Program-made: the position numbers and the translations under genes | Shown: positions 1-9,119 of the stretch, piece after piece | Position numbering within the stretch: position 1 is the first letter of the stretch | Layout: every line of letters starts with the position of its first letter | NCBI GenBank assembly: GCA_947073285.1 | Contig: CAMTJT010000006.1 | Coordinates: 46,972 to 78,971, forward strand | Length of the DNA stretch: 32,000 nt | Reading direction: 5' to 3' | Source: an uncultured Clostridium sp. | Lineage (GTDB): Bacteria > Bacillota > Clostridia > TANB77 > CAG-508 | The notes under the pieces: model-generated | Told to the model about the DNA's origin: nothing | Databases searched by the model: none | What the model saw: the letters and a program-made list of their open reading frames with translations, nothing else

Positions 1-7
1 TTTTCAT
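1..7 (-). CDS. rplX: probable first codons of 50S ribosomal protein L24 gene (runs off window)
   Basis: GAGGTG Shine-Dalgarno followed by ATG at 7..5 on the minus strand, downstream of rplN as in the conserved S10-spc gene order. Only 2 codons are visible. Confidence 0.3.
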
Positions 8-163
8 TTTTATTTTCACCTCTTTTTATTAGTTTTAAGGATTTTTAGAACTCCGATTTTATATTTCTCTTATAGTTTTAATCTATTTTGTTGACAAATT
101 TTAAATCTTCATATCTTTAATTTTTAACACTTTAGATGCTCACAAAACATTTTTGTTAATGGC

Positions 164-532
164 TTAAAGAACTTCTGGAGCTAAAGATAATATTTTCATA
201 TATTCTCCATCTCTTAATTCTCTAGCTACTGGTCCAAAGATACGAGTTCCTTTTGGTGTTTTATCATCTTTTATAATAACAGCTGCATTTTCATCAAATC
301 TTACATAAGAACCATCTGCTCTTCTAATTTGCTTTTTAGTTCTTACTACAACAGCTTTTACAACATCACCTTTTTTAACAACGCCACCTGGTGTAGCTGC
401 TTTAACAGAAGCAACAATGATGTCACCTATACCAGCATATTTTCTATATGATCCACCTAGACATCTGATACACATAATTTCTTTTGCACCAGTATTGTCG
501 GCAACTTTTAATATACTTTGTTGTTGTACCAT
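164..532 (-). CDS. rplN: 50S ribosomal protein L14 (uL14)
   Basis: 122-aa [21 protein letters not shown]...LSLAPEVL, a canonical uL14 sequence. Position in the S10-spc order fits. Confidence 0.97.
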   Translation of the reverse strand: MVQQQSILKVADNTGAKEIMCIRCLGGSYRKYAGIGDIIVASVKAATPGGVVKKGDVVKAVVVRTKKQIRRADGSYVRFDENAAVIIKDDKTPKGTRIFGPVARELRDGEYMKILSLAPEVL

Positions 533-632
533 TTTGGGATTTCCTCCTTACTTTACTATTTTGTTATTCCTATTTGAGTACATACTTTTCATTATAAAAT
601 TCAAGTATGTCTCTATTAAATTTAGTTATTTT

Positions 633-896
633 TTATTTTATAACTGCCTTTTCTACAACTTCAACTACTCTCCATCTTTTATCTTTAGAAAGTGGTCTTG
701 TTTCCATTACTTTTACTTTATCACCTGTTTGGCACTCATTATTTTCATCATGTGCTTTTAATTTGTATGTTCTTTTTTGAATTTTTCCATACATTTTATT
801 CATAACATTTGTTTGAACTGCAACTACAACAGTTTTATCCATTTTGTCTGAAACAACTGTACCAACCATAACTTTACGAAGATTTCTTTCTTCCAT
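633..896 (-). CDS. rpsQ: 30S ribosomal protein S17 (uS17)
   Basis: [25 protein letters not shown]... is canonical uS17. Start set at the ATG at 896, which has an AAAGGAGA SD about 9 nt upstream. The ORF track extends to 929. Confidence 0.93.
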   Translation of the reverse strand: MEERNLRKVMVGTVVSDKMDKTVVVAVQTNVMNKMYGKIQKRTYKLKAHDENNECQTGDKVKVMETRPLSKDKRWRVVEVVEKAVIK

Positions 897-955
897 ATTG
901 GTTAATCTCCTTTCTATCATTTTTGTCATAACTTAAACTTGTTCTTACTGTGATA

Positions 956-1156
956 TTATTTATTTTCAGCTAATTCTCTTTCTCTTAGAACAGTTTTGAT
1001 TCTTGCAATGTCTTTTTTCACTTCTTTTATTTTCATAGGATTATCTAATCCATTTGTTGCTAAACTAAATCTTAGTTTGAACAATTCATTTTTTAGTTCT
1101 CCTAATTCTTTTTCTAAATCTGGTGAAGACATTTCTTTTATTTTATTTATCTTCAT
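956..1156 (-). CDS. rpmC: 50S ribosomal protein L29 (uL29)
   Basis: [30 protein letters not shown]... matches the uL29 pattern. ATG at 1156 with AGGTGA 5 nt upstream. Overlaps the rplP 3' end. Confidence 0.9.
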   Translation of the reverse strand: MKINKIKEMSSPDLEKELGELKNELFKLRFSLATNGLDNPMKIKEVKKDIARIKTVLRERELAENK

Positions 1157-1589
1157 CACTATCACCTACCTCGCTTGTAGTTTCTCTTTTGACAAACTTA
1201 CATTTTACAGATAGTTTATTTCCTGCTAAACGTAGAGCCTCTTTTGCAACATCTTCTGGTACTCCAGCGATTTCAAACATAACTCTTCCTGGTTTTACAG
1301 GAGCTACCCAAAATTCTACTGCACCTTTACCTTTACCCATACGAGTACCAATAGGTTTTGCAGTCATTGGTTTGTCTGGAAAAATTTTAATCCAAACCTT
1401 TCCACCTCTTTTAATATAACGAGTCATAGCAACACGGGCTGCTTCTATTTGATTTGAAGTAATTAGTCCAATCTCTGTAGATTGTAAACCATATTCTCCA
1501 TCTGTAACTGTATTTCCTCTTGTTGCTTTACCTCTAATTCTACCTTTTTGTTGTTTTCTATATTTTGTTCTTTTTGGTATTAATGGCAT
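1143..1589 (-). CDS. rplP: 50S ribosomal protein L16 (uL16)
   Basis: [20 protein letters not shown]... is canonical uL16, with a short acidic C-terminal extension ([10 protein letters not shown]). Confidence 0.97.
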   Translation of the reverse strand: MPLIPKRTKYRKQQKGRIRGKATRGNTVTDGEYGLQSTEIGLITSNQIEAARVAMTRYIKRGGKVWIKIFPDKPMTAKPIGTRMGKGKGAVEFWVAPVKPGRVMFEIAGVPEDVAKEALRLAGNKLSVKCKFVKRETTSEVGDSDEDK

Positions 1590-2251
1590 TATTTGTCTCC
1601 TCCTTCCACTTGTTTTTTCTTTGTAGGAAGAATCTCTCCTTTATAAATCCAAACTTTAACACCTATTTTTCCATATGTGGTATCTGCTTCTGCAAATCCA
1701 TAATCAATATCTGCTCTTAAAGTTTGAAGTGGAATTGTACCTTCTTTATAGAATTCTGTTCTAGCCATGTCAGCTCCACCAAGTCTTCCAGATACTGCAG
1801 TTTTAATACCTAAAGCACCTGCTTTCATAGTTTTTTGCATACATTGTTTCATAGCTCTTCTAAAAGAAATTCTTCTTTCTAATTGTCCTGCAATGTTTTC
1901 TGCAACTAATTGTGCATCAACATCAATATTTTTTACTTCAATAATATTTAAATTAACTGTTTTTCCTATCATTTTTTCAAGTTCAGCTTTTAGAACTTCT
2001 GCTAGGTTTCCACCTTTTCCAATTACTAAACCTGGTTTTGCGGTATACACATTTACTCTAACAAATTTGGCAGTTCTTTCAATTTCAATTTTTGAAATAC
2101 CTGCAACATATAATTTTTTCTTAACATACTCACGGATTTTATGGTCTTCTACTAGATAATCACTAAAATTCTTTTTATCTGCATACCATTTTGAACTCCA
2201 ATCTTTAATGATACCAACTCTTAATCCGTTAGGATCCATTTTTTGTCCCAT
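1589..2251 (-). CDS. rpsC: 30S ribosomal protein S3 (uS3)
   Basis: [24 protein letters not shown]... is canonical uS3, 220 aa. Confidence 0.97.
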   Translation of the reverse strand: MGQKMDPNGLRVGIIKDWSSKWYADKKNFSDYLVEDHKIREYVKKKLYVAGISKIEIERTAKFVRVNVYTAKPGLVIGKGGNLAEVLKAELEKMIGKTVNLNIIEVKNIDVDAQLVAENIAGQLERRISFRRAMKQCMQKTMKAGALGIKTAVSGRLGGADMARTEFYKEGTIPLQTLRADIDYGFAEADTTYGKIGVKVWIYKGEILPTKKKQVEGGDK

Positions 2252-2270
2252 TTTGTTAAGTCCTCCTTTC

Positions 2271-2624
2271 TTAATCTCTTTCTTTTAACACGATTGTAAT
2301 ATGACTTGTTCTTTTTCTAATTCTTACTGCACTACCTTTTGCAGCTGGTCTAATTCTTTTAAGAGTTGGACCTTGATTTGCATAAATTTCAGCAACATAT
2401 AATTTTTCATGTGCTAAATGATGGTTATTTTCTGCATTAGCAATTGCTGATTTTAATAATTTTTCTATGATTTCGCTTGAAGCTTTTGGTGTATATTTTA
2501 CAATAGCTAAAGCTTCATCAATATCTTTTCCTCTAATTAAATCTGCTACAATTTTAACTTTTCTAGCTGATATTCTAGCATATCTTAGAGTTGCTTCTGC
2601 TGAGTGTACGATAACTTCTTCCAC
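2271..2624 (-). CDS. rplV: 50S ribosomal protein L22 (uL22)
   Basis: ...[23 protein letters not shown]... is the uL22 signature. GTG start with GGAGG 8 nt upstream. Confidence 0.95.
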   Translation of the reverse strand: MEEVIVHSAEATLRYARISARKVKIVADLIRGKDIDEALAIVKYTPKASSEIIEKLLKSAIANAENNHHLAHEKLYVAEIYANQGPTLKRIRPAAKGSAVRIRKRTSHITIVLKERD

Positions 2625-2728
2625 TTTATTTTCCTCCTTTTTTTACTTTTTCATGTTATCTATTGGGATTTCTATCTTTCCCCTAGTTATTCCTTTAGAG
2701 ACTTAATAGCTCTACTGGAGTTTTATTT

Positions 2729-3007
2729 CTATTTTGTGGTAGTTGTTTTATCTCCAGAATGTCCTTTAAATGTTCTTGTTGGTGCAAATTCGCCTAATTT
2801 ATGTCCTATCATTTCTTCTGTAATATATACAGGTACATGTTTTCTACCATCATGAACGGCTATTGTATGTCCAACCATTTGTGGGAAAATTGTAGAAGCT
2901 CTTGACCATGTTTTGATTACTTCTTTATTTCCACTTTCATTCATTGCTTCTACTTTTTTCATTAATTCAGGAGCAATAAATGGACCTTTTTTTACTGATC
3001 TTGACAT
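2729..3007 (-). CDS. rpsS: 30S ribosomal protein S19 (uS19)
   Basis: [20 protein letters not shown]...[16 protein letters not shown] is canonical uS19. Start moved to the ATG at 3007 (GGAGG upstream). The ORF track extends to 3031. Confidence 0.95.
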   Translation of the reverse strand: MSRSVKKGPFIAPELMKKVEAMNESGNKEVIKTWSRASTIFPQMVGHTIAVHDGRKHVPVYITEEMIGHKLGEFAPTRTFKGHSGDKTTTTK

Positions 3008-3094
3008 TACTTTCTTTCCTCCTTTTTTCAAGGTTTTTATTTTCTATACTTTTATAATTTTCTTTTCAAAATACGTAACTTTGTTTCACCCAGT

Positions 3095-3223
3095 TACATT
3101 CGCTATTTCTAACCAAAAAATGCTTCGCATTTTTGGCTAAGAACTAGCTTCTTCTCCTCTTCGTTACGCATTCGCTATTTCTAACCCAAAAATGCTTTGC
3201 ATTTTTGGCTAAGAACTAGCTTC
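3095..3223 (-). repeat. tandem duplication (72-nt period) of a ~55-nt element carrying a perfect 10-bp hairpin, in the rplB-rpsS spacer
   Basis: 3095-3151 and 3165-3223 are near-identical (cattcgctatttctaacc(c)aaaaa(a)tgctt(c/t)gcatttttggctaagaactagcttc). Each contains CCAAAAATGC/GCATTTTTGG. Copy 2 abuts the rplB stop codon. Confidence 0.85.
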
Positions 3224-4049
3224 ATTTCCTTCTTTTGGTTATTAATTTATTAGAAGCTTTATTTTTCTTTCTTGTTTTATATCCAAGTGCTGGTTTGCCC
3301 CAAGGTGTCATTGGTCCTGCGTGTCCTACTGGTGCTCTACCTTCACCACCACCATGAGGGTGATCTACTGGGTTCATTACAGAACCTCTAACTGTTGGTC
3401 TAATTCCCATATGTCTTGTTCTACCAGCTTTACCAATTTTAACATTTTCATGATCTGTATTTCCTACAGTACCAATTGTTGCTCTGCAGATAGCCATTAT
3501 TAATCTCATTTCGCCAGAAGGTAATCTTACATGTGCATATTTTCCTTCTTTTGCCATTAATTGAGCTTCTTGACCAGCTGCTCTTACTAATTTTCCACCT
3601 TGACCTGGATTTAATTCGATATTGTGTATCATAGTACCTACTGGAATATTTTCTATTTTCATACAGTTACCTGGTTTGATATCTGCTCTTTCTCCTGATA
3701 CTACTTTATCACCATCTTTTAATCCAACTGGTGCTAAGATATATGCTTTTTCTCCATCTTCATATTCAATTAATGCGATGTTTGCACTTCTGTTTGGATC
3801 ATATTCAATACCAATAACAGTTGCTTGCATATCTTCTTTATTTCTTTTAAAATCAATAATTCTATATTTTTGTCTGTTTCCTCCGCCTTGATGTCTTACT
3901 GTAATTCTACCATATGCGTTTCTACCTGCATTTTTCTTTTTAGTAGCAAGTAAAGACTTTTCTGGGGTCTTTTTTGTAATTTCTTCAAATGTAGAAACTG
4001 TCATGTTTCTTCTTGAAGGTGTGTATGGTTTAAAATGTTTCATTCCCAT
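3222..4049 (-). CDS. rplB: 50S ribosomal protein L2 (uL2)
   Basis: 275-aa ORF with ...[16 protein letters not shown]...[15 protein letters not shown]..., canonical uL2. Confidence 0.98.
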   Translation of the reverse strand: MGMKHFKPYTPSRRNMTVSTFEEITKKTPEKSLLATKKKNAGRNAYGRITVRHQGGGNRQKYRIIDFKRNKEDMQATVIGIEYDPNRSANIALIEYEDGEKAYILAPVGLKDGDKVVSGERADIKPGNCMKIENIPVGTMIHNIELNPGQGGKLVRAAGQEAQLMAKEGKYAHVRLPSGEMRLIMAICRATIGTVGNTDHENVKIGKAGRTRHMGIRPTVRGSVMNPVDHPHGGGEGRAPVGHAGPMTPWGKPALGYKTRKKNKASNKLITKRRK

Positions 4050-4179
4050 TTTTTGTTTTCTCTCCTTTACTTTATTTTCCGGGTTTGTTTCCCGATAATT
4101 TTTTCTAATTTCTCAAATTTTTAGAGCCTCGTATCCATTTTCCTTCAAATTATTTATAAAATTGAATGGATTTTTTTAC

Positions 4180-4527
4180 TTATGCTCCCATAAAGTGTTC
4201 GATTGAATCTTTATACTTTTTAGAAACTTTTACTTCTTTACCACCTTTAGTTAGGTAAGTATTTTCTGATGGGTTTGTATCAATAGTAACAATTGCTTTT
4301 TTCCAATCTGAAGTTTTTCCAGATGTTTTTCCCATTCTCTTTGTTTTTCCTTTTACACTAATTGTGTTTACATTTAAAACTTTTACTTCAAAAAGTTTTT
4401 CTACTGCATTACGAATATCTATTTTAGTAGCTTTTTTATTTACTTTAAAGGTATACTTTCCTTCTTGTAAACCATCATTACTTTTTTCAGTAATAACTGG
4501 TGCTATAATAACATCTTCTGGTCTCAT
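4180..4527 (-). CDS. rplW: 50S ribosomal protein L23 (uL23), with a C-terminal extension
   Basis: [16 protein letters not shown]...[27 protein letters not shown] is canonical uL23. Start overlaps the rplD stop. Confidence 0.95.
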   Translation of the reverse strand: MRPEDVIIAPVITEKSNDGLQEGKYTFKVNKKATKIDIRNAVEKLFEVKVLNVNTISVKGKTKRMGKTSGKTSDWKKAIVTIDTNPSENTYLTKGGKEVKVSKKYKDSIEHFMGA

Positions 4528-5150
4528 TATGCGTACACCTCCTCTAATTTTTTAACAGTTTCTTCTGTTACAACAAGGTTTTTATGTTTTAATAAATCAT
4601 ATACATTAATAGTACCTACTTGAAGTGTTTTAACACCTTCTATATTTCTTGCTGATTTTTGAACTGTTTCATTTTTTTCTGGTAAAAGTATTACTGTTTT
4701 ACCTTCTGCTTTAATATTGTTTAAAATTCTTGCCATTTCTTTTGTTTTGATTTCTTTTAAATCTAATTTATCAACAACAATTAATTCTTTTTCTAATACT
4801 TTAGAACTTAGCATTGATTTAATAGCAAGTCTTCTTTCTTTTTTATTTACTGTATAATTGTATGAACGTGGTTTTGGTCCTAATGCAACACCTCCACCAA
4901 CCCAATGTGGTGCACGGATACTTCCTTGTCTTGCACGACCTGTACCTTTTTGTCTCCATGGTTTTCTACCACCACCTGATACTTCTGCTCTTGTTTTTGT
5001 ACTTTGTGTACCTTGTCTTTGATTAGCAAGGTAGTTAATTAAAACACTATGTACTACTGCTTCATTTGGCTCTAGTCCAAAAATTTCTTCTTTAAGTTCT
5101 ATAGATTTTACTTTTTTACCTTCTATATCATATACGTCTACTTTAGGCAT
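4527..5150 (-). CDS. rplD: 50S ribosomal protein L4 (uL4)
   Basis: ...[39 protein letters not shown]... is canonical uL4. Confidence 0.97.
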   Translation of the reverse strand: MPKVDVYDIEGKKVKSIELKEEIFGLEPNEAVVHSVLINYLANQRQGTQSTKTRAEVSGGGRKPWRQKGTGRARQGSIRAPHWVGGGVALGPKPRSYNYTVNKKERRLAIKSMLSSKVLEKELIVVDKLDLKEIKTKEMARILNNIKAEGKTVILLPEKNETVQKSARNIEGVKTLQVGTINVYDLLKHKNLVVTEETVKKLEEVYA

Positions 5151-5167
5151 TTTTCTTTCCCTCCTTA

Positions 5168-5800
5168 TTATTTACTTTTTACACTTGATTTTAGTTTTAA
5201 AATAGCACCTTTTGCTCCTGGTACACTACCTTTTACTAAAATAGCATTTTTATCTAAATCTACTCTTACAACTTCTAAATTTTGAATTGTAATTGTTTCT
5301 CTTCCCATGTGTCCTGGTAATCTTTTACCTTTAAATACTCTACCTGGTGTAGAAGTTGGTCCCATTGAACCTGGTCTTCTATGATACATAGAACCATGTC
5401 CCATTGGTCCTCTAGATTGTCCATGACGTTTAATAACACCTTGGAAACCTTTACCTTTTGAAGTACCTTGGATATCTAATTTATCTCCAGCTACAAAAGT
5501 ATCTACTTTTAATTCATCTCCTACATTCATGTTTTCTACTGAATCTAGTCTGAATTCTCTTAAATGTTTCTTTGGTGTTATTTTTGATTTAGCATAATGA
5601 CCTCTTACAGGTTTATTTACTTTATGCTCTTTTACTTCTCCAAATCCTAATTGAATAGCATTATATCCATCTGTATCAACAGTTTTAATTTGTGCTATTA
5701 CACATGGTCCTGCTTCAATTACTGTTACTGGAATAACTTTTCCTTGTTCATCAAAGATTTGTGTCATTCCAACTTTTTTTCCTATTAATCCTTTATTCAT
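5168..5800 (-). CDS. rplC: 50S ribosomal protein L3 (uL3)
   Basis: [33 protein letters not shown]... is canonical uL3. Confidence 0.97.
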   Translation of the reverse strand: MNKGLIGKKVGMTQIFDEQGKVIPVTVIEAGPCVIAQIKTVDTDGYNAIQLGFGEVKEHKVNKPVRGHYAKSKITPKKHLREFRLDSVENMNVGDELKVDTFVAGDKLDIQGTSKGKGFQGVIKRHGQSRGPMGHGSMYHRRPGSMGPTSTPGRVFKGKRLPGHMGRETITIQNLEVVRVDLDKNAILVKGSVPGAKGAILKLKSSVKSK

Positions 5801-6042
5801 TTTTGTTTTTCCTCCTATACGGCAACCGTATAAGTTATTCGTAACTTGTTTTTCTTGAACGACTAACTTAACTATTGGCTGATACTTTATATTCCATTAA
5901 AATTTAATGTTATATCAGCATGGTTTAATTTTTAATGTAAGATTTAAACTACGTTTTCATCTAAACAATATATACAACTCTCTAATGTTGGTTGTATAAG
6001 TTAAGTGTAAACTTGATATTTGCTTTTTTCTTTCAATTAACA

Positions 6043-6375
6043 CTATAACTTAATTTCTATATCTACACCAGCTGGTAAGTCTATTTTCATAAGACTATCT
6101 ACTGTTTTTTGTGTTGGATAAAGAATATCAATTACTCTTTTATGTGTTCTCATTTCAAATTGCTCTCTTGAATCTTTGTGTTTGTGTGGAGAACGTAAGA
6201 TTGTAATAATCTCCTTTTCTGTTGGTAGTGGAATAGGACCTGATACTTTAGCTCCTGTTTTTTTAGCAGTATCTACTATTTTTTCAGCAGACTGTTCTAA
6301 AACAACATGATCATAAGCTTTAAGTCTTATTCTAATTTTTTCACTTGTAACTGCATTTTCTTTCTTTGTTGCCAT
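6043..6375 (-). CDS. rpsJ: 30S ribosomal protein S10 (uS10)
   Basis: ...[40 protein letters not shown]...[20 protein letters not shown] is canonical uS10. First gene of the operon. Confidence 0.97.
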   Translation of the reverse strand: MATKKENAVTSEKIRIRLKAYDHVVLEQSAEKIVDTAKKTGAKVSGPIPLPTEKEIITILRSPHKHKDSREQFEMRTHKRVIDILYPTQKTVDSLMKIDLPAGVDIEIKL

Positions 6376-6634
6376 TTTTTAATTTCCCTCCTTCTAATTA
6401 TATAGAGCTTTTTTGCTCTTATCTTGGTCGGAAGTTATAACGCACCCTAGTGTTTCTTTTATCACCAATATAAAAACCCAAGTTGCATGTTAAAAAATCT
6501 TGGGATAAGTGCTTTATTTTAAACTTACCGCCTTGGTCTAAGCCACGACATACTCCATAAGAGTTCCCTCCAAATGCCTTTATTTAGTACATTTGTAGCC
6601 ACATCTTACTTCATCGCCAAATACATGCTCATTT

Positions 6635-6663
6635 ATTATATAACGCTTTAAGCTTAAAGTCAA
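6635..6663 (-). promoter_or_regulatory. sigma-A type promoter of the S10 operon
   Basis: Minus strand reads TTGACT, 17-nt spacer, TATAAT. This leaves a ~250-nt structured leader before the rpsJ ATG at 6375. Confidence 0.6.
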
Positions 6664-6980
6664 CTATTTTTTGCTATTTTTTAATATTTGAGTGTATATT
6701 AGTCAATGATATGTCACACTTTATTTAAAAATATATACTTTGAAATATCAAAAGCTTTGACTATATTTTGACTTACCACCAATTACTGCAAAATATTAAT
6801 GTTATAAAATTAGACTCAAACATTGCTTAATTTTATTGCAATGCGATACTTTCTCTTTCCTTTCACTTTTTTCTTACACTTAAACTAGTTTCATGTTTTT
6901 TACATTAAGTTTTCTATTTTATTTCACCTTGTCATATTTCCTATTTTTTTCCATACAATTTACTATGGAGGATAACCTAT

Positions 6981-7999
6981 ATGAAAAATATTAAATTAGC
7001 AATTGTTGGTGCAACAGGTCTTGTTGGTCAAACTATTTTAAAAGTATTAGAAGAAAAGAATTTACCAATTTTAGAATATGCTTTTTTTGCTTCTTCTCGT
7101 TCTGCACGGTAAAAAAATCACCTTTTTAGGAAAAGAATATATTATTCAAGAATTAACCACTTCTTCTTTTGATTCAAAATTTGATTTTGCTATTTTTTCT
7201 GCTGGTAGTAGTATTTCTAAAATATTTGCCCCTATAGCAGCTTCTTCTGGTTGCATTGTTATTGACAATAGTAGTTATTTTAGAATGAACCCAAGTGTTC
7301 CTTTAATTGTTCCAGAGGTGAATCCTGAAGAAATTCAAAATCACAATGGTATTATCGCAAACCCTAATTGTTCTACTATTCAGGCTGTATGTAGTTTAAA
7401 ACCTTTAGATACTGCCTACTCTATTAAAAGAATTGTATATAGCACTTATCAAGCTGTTTCAGGAGCTGGCTATAAAGGTGTACTTGATTTAGAAAGTGGC
7501 ATGGAAAGTTATATGTGTAGTGGTAAAATAAATACTAATTATGAATTACAAAAATTTCCGCTTCCTATTTTCAGTAATTGTTTGCCACATATTGATACAT
7601 TTACAGATAATGGCTATACCAAGGAAGAAGAAAAAATGATAAATGAAACTAGAAAAATTTTGAAAAAACCTTATTTAAAAATAACAGCAACCACTGTAAG
7701 AGTTCCTGTTCTTAATAGTCATAGTGAATCTATTAATGTAGAATTTGAAAAAGATTTTAATTTGAAAGAATTAAAACAAATTTTAGCAAATTCCTCTGGA
7801 ATTATAGTAAAAGATGATTTTGAAAACGAAATATATCCAACTACTTTAGATGCCTCTCGGTCAAGATGCTACTTTTGTAGGTAGAATTCGTAGGGATTTT
7901 AGTATAGCTTCTGGTGTTAACTTATGGGTAGTAGCTGATAATTTACGAAAAGGAGCTGCAAGTAATGCAGTACAAATTTTGGAGAAGCTAATTTTTTGA
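6981..7999 (+). pseudogene. asd: aspartate-semialdehyde dehydrogenase, reading frame broken twice by single-C insertions (7107 and 7858)
   Basis: GGAGG SD plus ATG at 6981 gives MKNIKLAIVGATGLVGQ...FASSRSA, then CGG TAA. Skipping C7107 continues as GKKITFLGKEY in the 268-aa ORF. Skipping C7858 continues as [14 protein letters not shown]...[23 protein letters not shown]. The three segments total 338 aa, a typical Asd length, and contain conserved Asd motifs. Confidence 0.85.
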
Positions 8000-8160
8000 G
8001 ATTTTAAGTTCACTTCTAATCCTTGATAAAAAGTTTCTCTATCTCTCATTAAGATAATAACATCAATTGATTTTTCTTCAAAAATTTCATATAAAATTTT
8101 TGAATTGGAAAAATTTACTCTCTATTTTGATGAAACTTATATTTATTTTTTGATGAAATT

Positions 8161-8188
8161 TTGCATTTCTTGAACTTTTTGCTATAAT
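8161..8188 (+). promoter_or_regulatory. promoter of the sufC/sufBD-like pair
   Basis: TTGCAT, 16-nt spacer, TGcTATAAT (extended -10). Confidence 0.5.
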
Positions 8189-8203
8189 ATGATACAATTG
8201 CAA

Positions 8204-8307
8204 CGAAAAATGTCGTAGCACACCTGTCCTCATTGCGACAAAAATGTCGTGGCATACCTGTCCCTCTGTGACAAAAATGTCACAACACGCCCGTCTCCAC
8301 TATGACA
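8204..8307 (+). repeat. three tandem 33-34-nt repeats, each with a GACA-AAAA-TGTC type palindrome (candidate operator array or leader hairpins)
   Basis: The aaaaatgtc(g/a)...cctgtcc...tg(c/t)gac unit recurs with TGTC at 8211, 8245 and 8278. The third unit holds the perfect palindrome TGTGACA-AAAA-TGTCACA at 8267-8284. Confidence 0.8.
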
Positions 8308-8321
8308 TTACAGGAGGTATT

Positions 8322-9048
8322 ATGTTAGAGTTAAAAGATATTTCTTTTTCAAGAGATAATAAGCAAATTTTGAATCATGTTAATTTAAAAATAGATCATA
8401 GCAAGTTAGTTGCCATAACTGGGCCAAATGGTTCTGGCAAGTCTACTCTTGCTAAAATTATTATGGGAATTTTAGCACCAGACACACGGTAAAATTTTCT
8501 TTTGTGGGCAAGATATTACTAATATGAGTATTACTGATAGAGCTAAACTTGGTATTGGTTTTGCTTTTCAACAACCAGTTAAATTTAAAGGTTTATCTGT
8601 AAAAGATTTAATTGAACTTTCTTCTGGAAATAAGCTAAAATTAAGTGAAGCTTGTAATTATTTATCTGATGTTGGTTTATGTGCCAAAGACTATTTGAAT
8701 AGAGAAATTAGTTCTTCTCTTTCTGGTGGTGAATTGAAACGTATTGAAATTGCTATGTTAGCAGCTAAAAAGTCTGCTCTTACTGTGTTTGATGAACCTG
8801 AAGCTGGTATTGATTTATGGAGTTTCAATAGTTTAATTGGTATTTTTGAAAAAATGCATCATGAAATTGAAAATTCTTCTATTGTTATTATTTCACACCA
8901 AGAAAAGATTTTAAATATTGCAGATGAAATCGTATTACTCTCTAATGGTGAAATTGAAAAAATAGGCTCTAAAGAAGAAGTATTACCTTTACTTTTAAAT
9001 TCTACCAATAAGCCTTGTAAAGTAATGTTGGACAAGACTAATATTTAG
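8322..9048 (+). pseudogene. SufC-like ABC ATPase, reading frame broken by a single-C insertion at 8487
   Basis: AGGAGG SD plus ATG at 8322 gives MLELKDISFSRDNKQILNHVNLKIDHSKLVAITGPNGSGKSTL (Walker A)...ILAPDT, then CGG TAA. Skipping C8487 gives GKILFCGQDITNMSITDRAKLGIGFAFQQP...LSGGELKRIEIA (ABC signature)...VFDEPEAGID (Walker B). Confidence 0.85.
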
Positions 9049-9119
9049 TTATGAAAAGTGCTTCATAACATATTTAAAAACAAAAACTCATAATCTAACC
9101 TTAGAAGGGAATAAAAATA

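Noticed and set aside
417-4555. Plus-strand ORFs of 60-130 aa inside the ribosomal operon (417-761, 996-1214, 1123-1419, 1767-2159, 2467-2706, 2604-2855, 2913-3140, 3321-3503, 3622-3891, 4364-4555)
   Set aside because: All are antisense shadows of unmistakable ribosomal protein genes. Their translations are low-complexity Phe/Ile/Ser-rich and they lack Shine-Dalgarno sequences.
6664-6980. Looked for a lysine (L-box) riboswitch or T-box upstream of asd, and also upstream of dapA and dapB
   Set aside because: The regions are very AT-rich and lack the GC-rich multi-helix junction expected of these elements. A covariance-model scan would be needed to be certain.
7107-7116. Transcriptional slippage on the A7 tract after the first asd frameshift as a rescue mechanism
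   Set aside because: The zero-frame TAA stop (7110-7112) uses the first A residues of the tract, so changing the A-run length cannot remove it. The second site (7858) has no homopolymer at all.
7861-8049. 62-aa minus-strand ORF
   Set aside because: It overlaps the restored C-terminal 46 codons of asd (…VGRIRRDF…[12 protein letters not shown]…), which are clearly the real coding frame. It has no SD.
8244-8321. N-terminal extension MSWHTCPSVTKMSQHARLHYDITGGI of the SufC-like ORF
   Set aside because: The extension is a translation of the three tandem leader repeats. The AGGAGG SD sits right before the ATG at 8322, and conserved ABC ATPase sequence starts there.
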